This document shows positions 36,056-38,701 of a stretch of 38,701 bases of DNA, in pieces. This stretch comes from a virus. Its lineage: Duplodnaviria; Caudoviricetes. A program made the position numbers and the translations under genes. Position 1 is the stretch's first letter. Each line of letters starts with the position of its first letter. Where the stretch lies: the IMG/VR virus record IMGVR_UViG_3300027159_000005, positions 1 through 38,701 of that record, one strand, 5' to 3'. The notes below the pieces were generated by a model. It was not told the DNA's origin. It searched no databases and saw only the letters and a list, made by a program, of their open reading frames with translations.

Positions 36056-37603
36056 ATGGCTTTAATAGAAGTAAAATACTATAATTCATTCACTCTAAGA
36101 AAAAGCGTAGACGCAGATAACGGCATCAACTGGTTTGGCTCTAGAGGTATACCTACTGGTCAAGGCGGGTGGCCGCAAGGAACAGTAGCAGATCCTCAGC
36201 AAGACGTTAACTGGGCTATAGAAGAATCTAGAATTAGAGGTGGTTATAATAATACTTCTACTTCTTTTGGAGCTAAAGCTTATTTAGTTGAAGACGAACC
36301 TAATGGTAGCGTTAGAGGTAATGCAATGATATATTCAGGTATATACAATTCTAGAACTGGTATAAATCAAACAAATCAATTTTCCGTAGGTAAAGAAATA
36401 ACTAAAGCAATTGATCCTGCTAACGGTAGTATACAAAAACTATATGCTGAAGATTCTAACTTAATCATATTATCAGAAAATAAAGCTAGTAGAGCTCTTA
36501 TTGATAAAGACGCTATATATACAGCCGAAGGCGGAGGCGTATCAGTTAGTAATTTGAAAACTGTTATTGGACAGATAGTTCCTTATGCTGGTAATTTTGG
36601 TATTGGAACTAATCCTGAAAGCTTTGCAACTTACGGCTATAGGAAATACTTTGTAGATAAAAATAGAGGGGCGGTGTTAAGATTATCTATGGATGGAATA
36701 ACAGAAATATCAAACTACGGAATGATCGACTGGTTTAGAGATAACTTAAGCTCTGTTGATTCGTCTAGCTTTGGTCCAGGTAAAATAGTGGGGGGATGGG
36801 ATATATATACTAAGCAGTATACTTTGTCTTTACAGCCAAGTACACCACCAAACGCTACACCTGACAATTCAAGTTACAACACATTGCAATTTGATGAAAG
36901 CGTTCGCGGTTGGCCATCTTTTTTTACATTTAAACCTAGGTTTACTTTTAGCTTAGCAAACAAAATGTATAGCATAGGAAATCAATCAGGCAGTGATAAC
37001 AAGCTGTATGTTCACAATAGTACAAATGTTCCTAGAGGTGAATTTTACGGGGATTCTAATAAATCAAAAGTTACTTTTGTAGTAAATCCAAATATAGATA
37101 CAAGCAAGGTTTTTAAAACTATAAACTATGAAGGCAGCAGTGGTTGGGAAGTTACTCAGTATGTGTCAGATATAACGGGTGTTGATAGTTACGAACTAGA
37201 CACTTCCGGAAATCCTATATGGATTAATCCTCCACAGTTAAGAGATACATCGAATCAAATATATAGCTACTACGAGGGTGAATATATAATAAACCCTATA
37301 CAATCAAGTTCTACCTACAATCAACCTGTTTATAGACCAAACTATGTTAGTACTTTTGGAGCTAATAATCCTCCTTATAATAAAGAATATGCTGGTTTTA
37401 TAAGAAAGGAAAACAAATACTACGCTAACTTAGTTAATAACAGCGAAAACCAAACAATGCCTGGCGAAGTTATATTTGGAGAAGATATGACAGGTATAAA
37501 AGGTTACTACTGTACTGTAACTTTGCAGAACGATAGTAGTACTAATCCTGGTGGAGCAAAAGAACTTTTTGCTGTTAACTCTACTTTTGTTGTTAGTAGT
37601 TAA
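36056..37603 (+). CDS. Tail stabilisation/muzzle-like protein, C-terminal part (515 aa)
   Basis: GSIQKL, GIGTNPESFA, YFVDKNRGAVLRL and KVFKTINYEG beta-propeller-type motifs. Confidence 0.7.
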   Translation: MALIEVKYYNSFTLRKSVDADNGINWFGSRGIPTGQGGWPQGTVADPQQDVNWAIEESRIRGGYNNTSTSFGAKAYLVEDEPNGSVRGNAMIYSGIYNSRTGINQTNQFSVGKEITKAIDPANGSIQKLYAEDSNLIILSENKASRALIDKDAIYTAEGGGVSVSNLKTVIGQIVPYAGNFGIGTNPESFATYGYRKYFVDKNRGAVLRLSMDGITEISNYGMIDWFRDNLSSVDSSSFGPGKIVGGWDIYTKQYTLSLQPSTPPNATPDNSSYNTLQFDESVRGWPSFFTFKPRFTFSLANKMYSIGNQSGSDNKLYVHNSTNVPRGEFYGDSNKSKVTFVVNPNIDTSKVFKTINYEGSSGWEVTQYVSDITGVDSYELDTSGNPIWINPPQLRDTSNQIYSYYEGEYIINPIQSSSTYNQPVYRPNYVSTFGANNPPYNKEYAGFIRKENKYYANLVNNSENQTMPGEVIFGEDMTGIKGYYCTVTLQNDSSTNPGGAKELFAVNSTFVVSS

Positions 37604-37632
37604 AGCAATATAAAATATAAAAGAATAATAAC

Positions 37633-38466
37633 ATGATAGAATTTTTAGAAATATTTTTCTTTGGACGAGAAGATGTCCAAATGGCTGTTCTAGATCCAAT
37701 AATTGGAGGCGCTCTTATATCAGGGGGAATTCAAATATTAGGGGGGTTGTTTGGAGGAGGACAAGCTAAAAAAAGAGAACGAGCAGCACAAGCAGAAAAA
37801 GATAGACTGCAAAGAAAACTAACTAATTTAGAAAATAATAGACAAGATATTATAAATCCTTATGAAAATATTAGTGATCTAAGTTCTTTAGCTACTGATT
37901 TAAGTAATCAAATGTCTAATCCATTTGCTAATTTAAGCGTAGCAACACAGGCTGCTGAAATGGAAATAGAACAAGCTGATATTTCATTAGCAAATACTTT
38001 AGATACTTTAGCTGCTACAGGTGCAAGCGCAGGAGGTGCAACTGCATTAGCTCAGGCTGCTTTACAAAGCAAAAAAGGTGTTTCAGCTAGTATTGAACAA
38101 CAAGAAGCTCAAAACGAAAAATTAAGAGCACAAGGCGAGCAACAACTAGAACAACAAAGGGTTGCTGAACAGCGAAGATTACAGGGTATTCAAATTGGTG
38201 AGGGTCAGAGAATGCAAGGATTAGATGCAGCTGGTAAACAATTTATGTTTGGAGCACAAGAAACTAGAGAACTACAACAATTGAATAGAGTATCTACTCA
38301 ATTAGGTGGAGCTCAAGCGCAACAAATGCAAGCATCAGCTGATCAAACAGGAGCATATACAACAATGGTTAGTGGTTTAGCAGGGATTGCAGGCAGTACA
38401 ATAGGCGCGATGGCAGAAGTAAGATCCAGTCCTTACAATGCTGATGGAACATTAAAGAAAGGATAA
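37633..38466 (+). CDS. Putative ejection/pilot (internal virion) protein (277 aa)
   Basis: G-rich hydrophobic N-terminal segment, A/Q-rich coiled coil, GASAGGATALAQAA; follows the tail genes. Confidence 0.6.
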   Translation: MIEFLEIFFFGREDVQMAVLDPIIGGALISGGIQILGGLFGGGQAKKRERAAQAEKDRLQRKLTNLENNRQDIINPYENISDLSSLATDLSNQMSNPFANLSVATQAAEMEIEQADISLANTLDTLAATGASAGGATALAQAALQSKKGVSASIEQQEAQNEKLRAQGEQQLEQQRVAEQRRLQGIQIGEGQRMQGLDAAGKQFMFGAQETRELQQLNRVSTQLGGAQAQQMQASADQTGAYTTMVSGLAGIAGSTIGAMAEVRSSPYNADGTLKKG

Positions 38467-38468
38467 TT

Positions 38469-38701
38469 ATGAGTTACGAAAACCCAGAACAATTTGTCGA
38501 CAAACAGTCAGGTCAGCATTTTAGAAGAATGCAAGAAAACATAACTAAAGCAGCTACTAGCACTATTTCTAGTTATGTTGATACCTATAAAAGAAATCAA
38601 ATAAAAATACAAAAAATAAGAGAACAAGCTGATAAAGAAGCATTGGATGCTAAAAATGCTGTTTTTCAAACTGCTTCAAAAAATTCAACAATTCAATTTC
38701 A
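38469..38701 (+). CDS. Partial CDS, probable ejection protein (MSYENPEQFVDKQSG...)
   Basis: Hand-translated open frame to the window end, starting 2 nt after the previous stop. Confidence 0.65.
   Translation, partial: MSYENPEQFVDKQSGQHFRRMQENITKAATSTISSYVDTYKRNQIKIQKIREQADKEALDAKNAVFQTASKNSTIQF

Noticed and set aside
2908-37699. Many short minus-strand or out-of-frame ORFs inside structural genes (e.g. 4995-5267, 15012-15296, 16413-16604, 19432-19839, 37430-37699)
   Set aside because: They overlap well-supported genes and have shadow-type composition with no motifs.
1-38701. Stop-codon reassignment, known in some crAss-like phages
   Set aside because: Hallmark genes are full length in the standard code, and TAA, TAG and TGA all end tightly packed genes.

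Overview
AT-rich fragment of a crAss-like (Crassvirales-related) podophage. The host is probably Bacteroidota/Flavobacteriia, inferred from A/T-rich leaders without Shine-Dalgarno sequences and GNVGIGT-repeat fibres. Bases 1-2460 are a minus-strand array of tiny presumed early genes driven by four copies of a rigidly spaced promoter-like motif. Bases ~2030-2860 are a divergent control region with G-tracts, short direct repeats and two related 42-43 bp palindromes. Bases 2869-38701 are a plus-strand morphogenesis arm: fibre/structural genes, a long tail fibre with a Peptidase S74 chaperone, phage GroEL + GroES, a wHTH protein, a cluster of small proteins with a zincin protease, a holin, a tandem GroES-like protein, terminase, portal, scaffold, major capsid protein, duplicated tail ring proteins, a two-gene tail stabilisation/muzzle-like protein and the start of the putative ejection proteins. 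Best leads: (i) small basic proteins sharing MA(F/Y)K and (S/T/G)P-hydrophobic motifs around a mini HExxH protease, a candidate virion-cargo tagging and processing system; (ii) a chaperonin set with an extra double-GroES protein; (iii) two distinct phage-specific promoter motifs; (iv) paired palindromes whose arms are inverted but whose cores are direct. All product calls come from motif recognition by eye, with no database searches.
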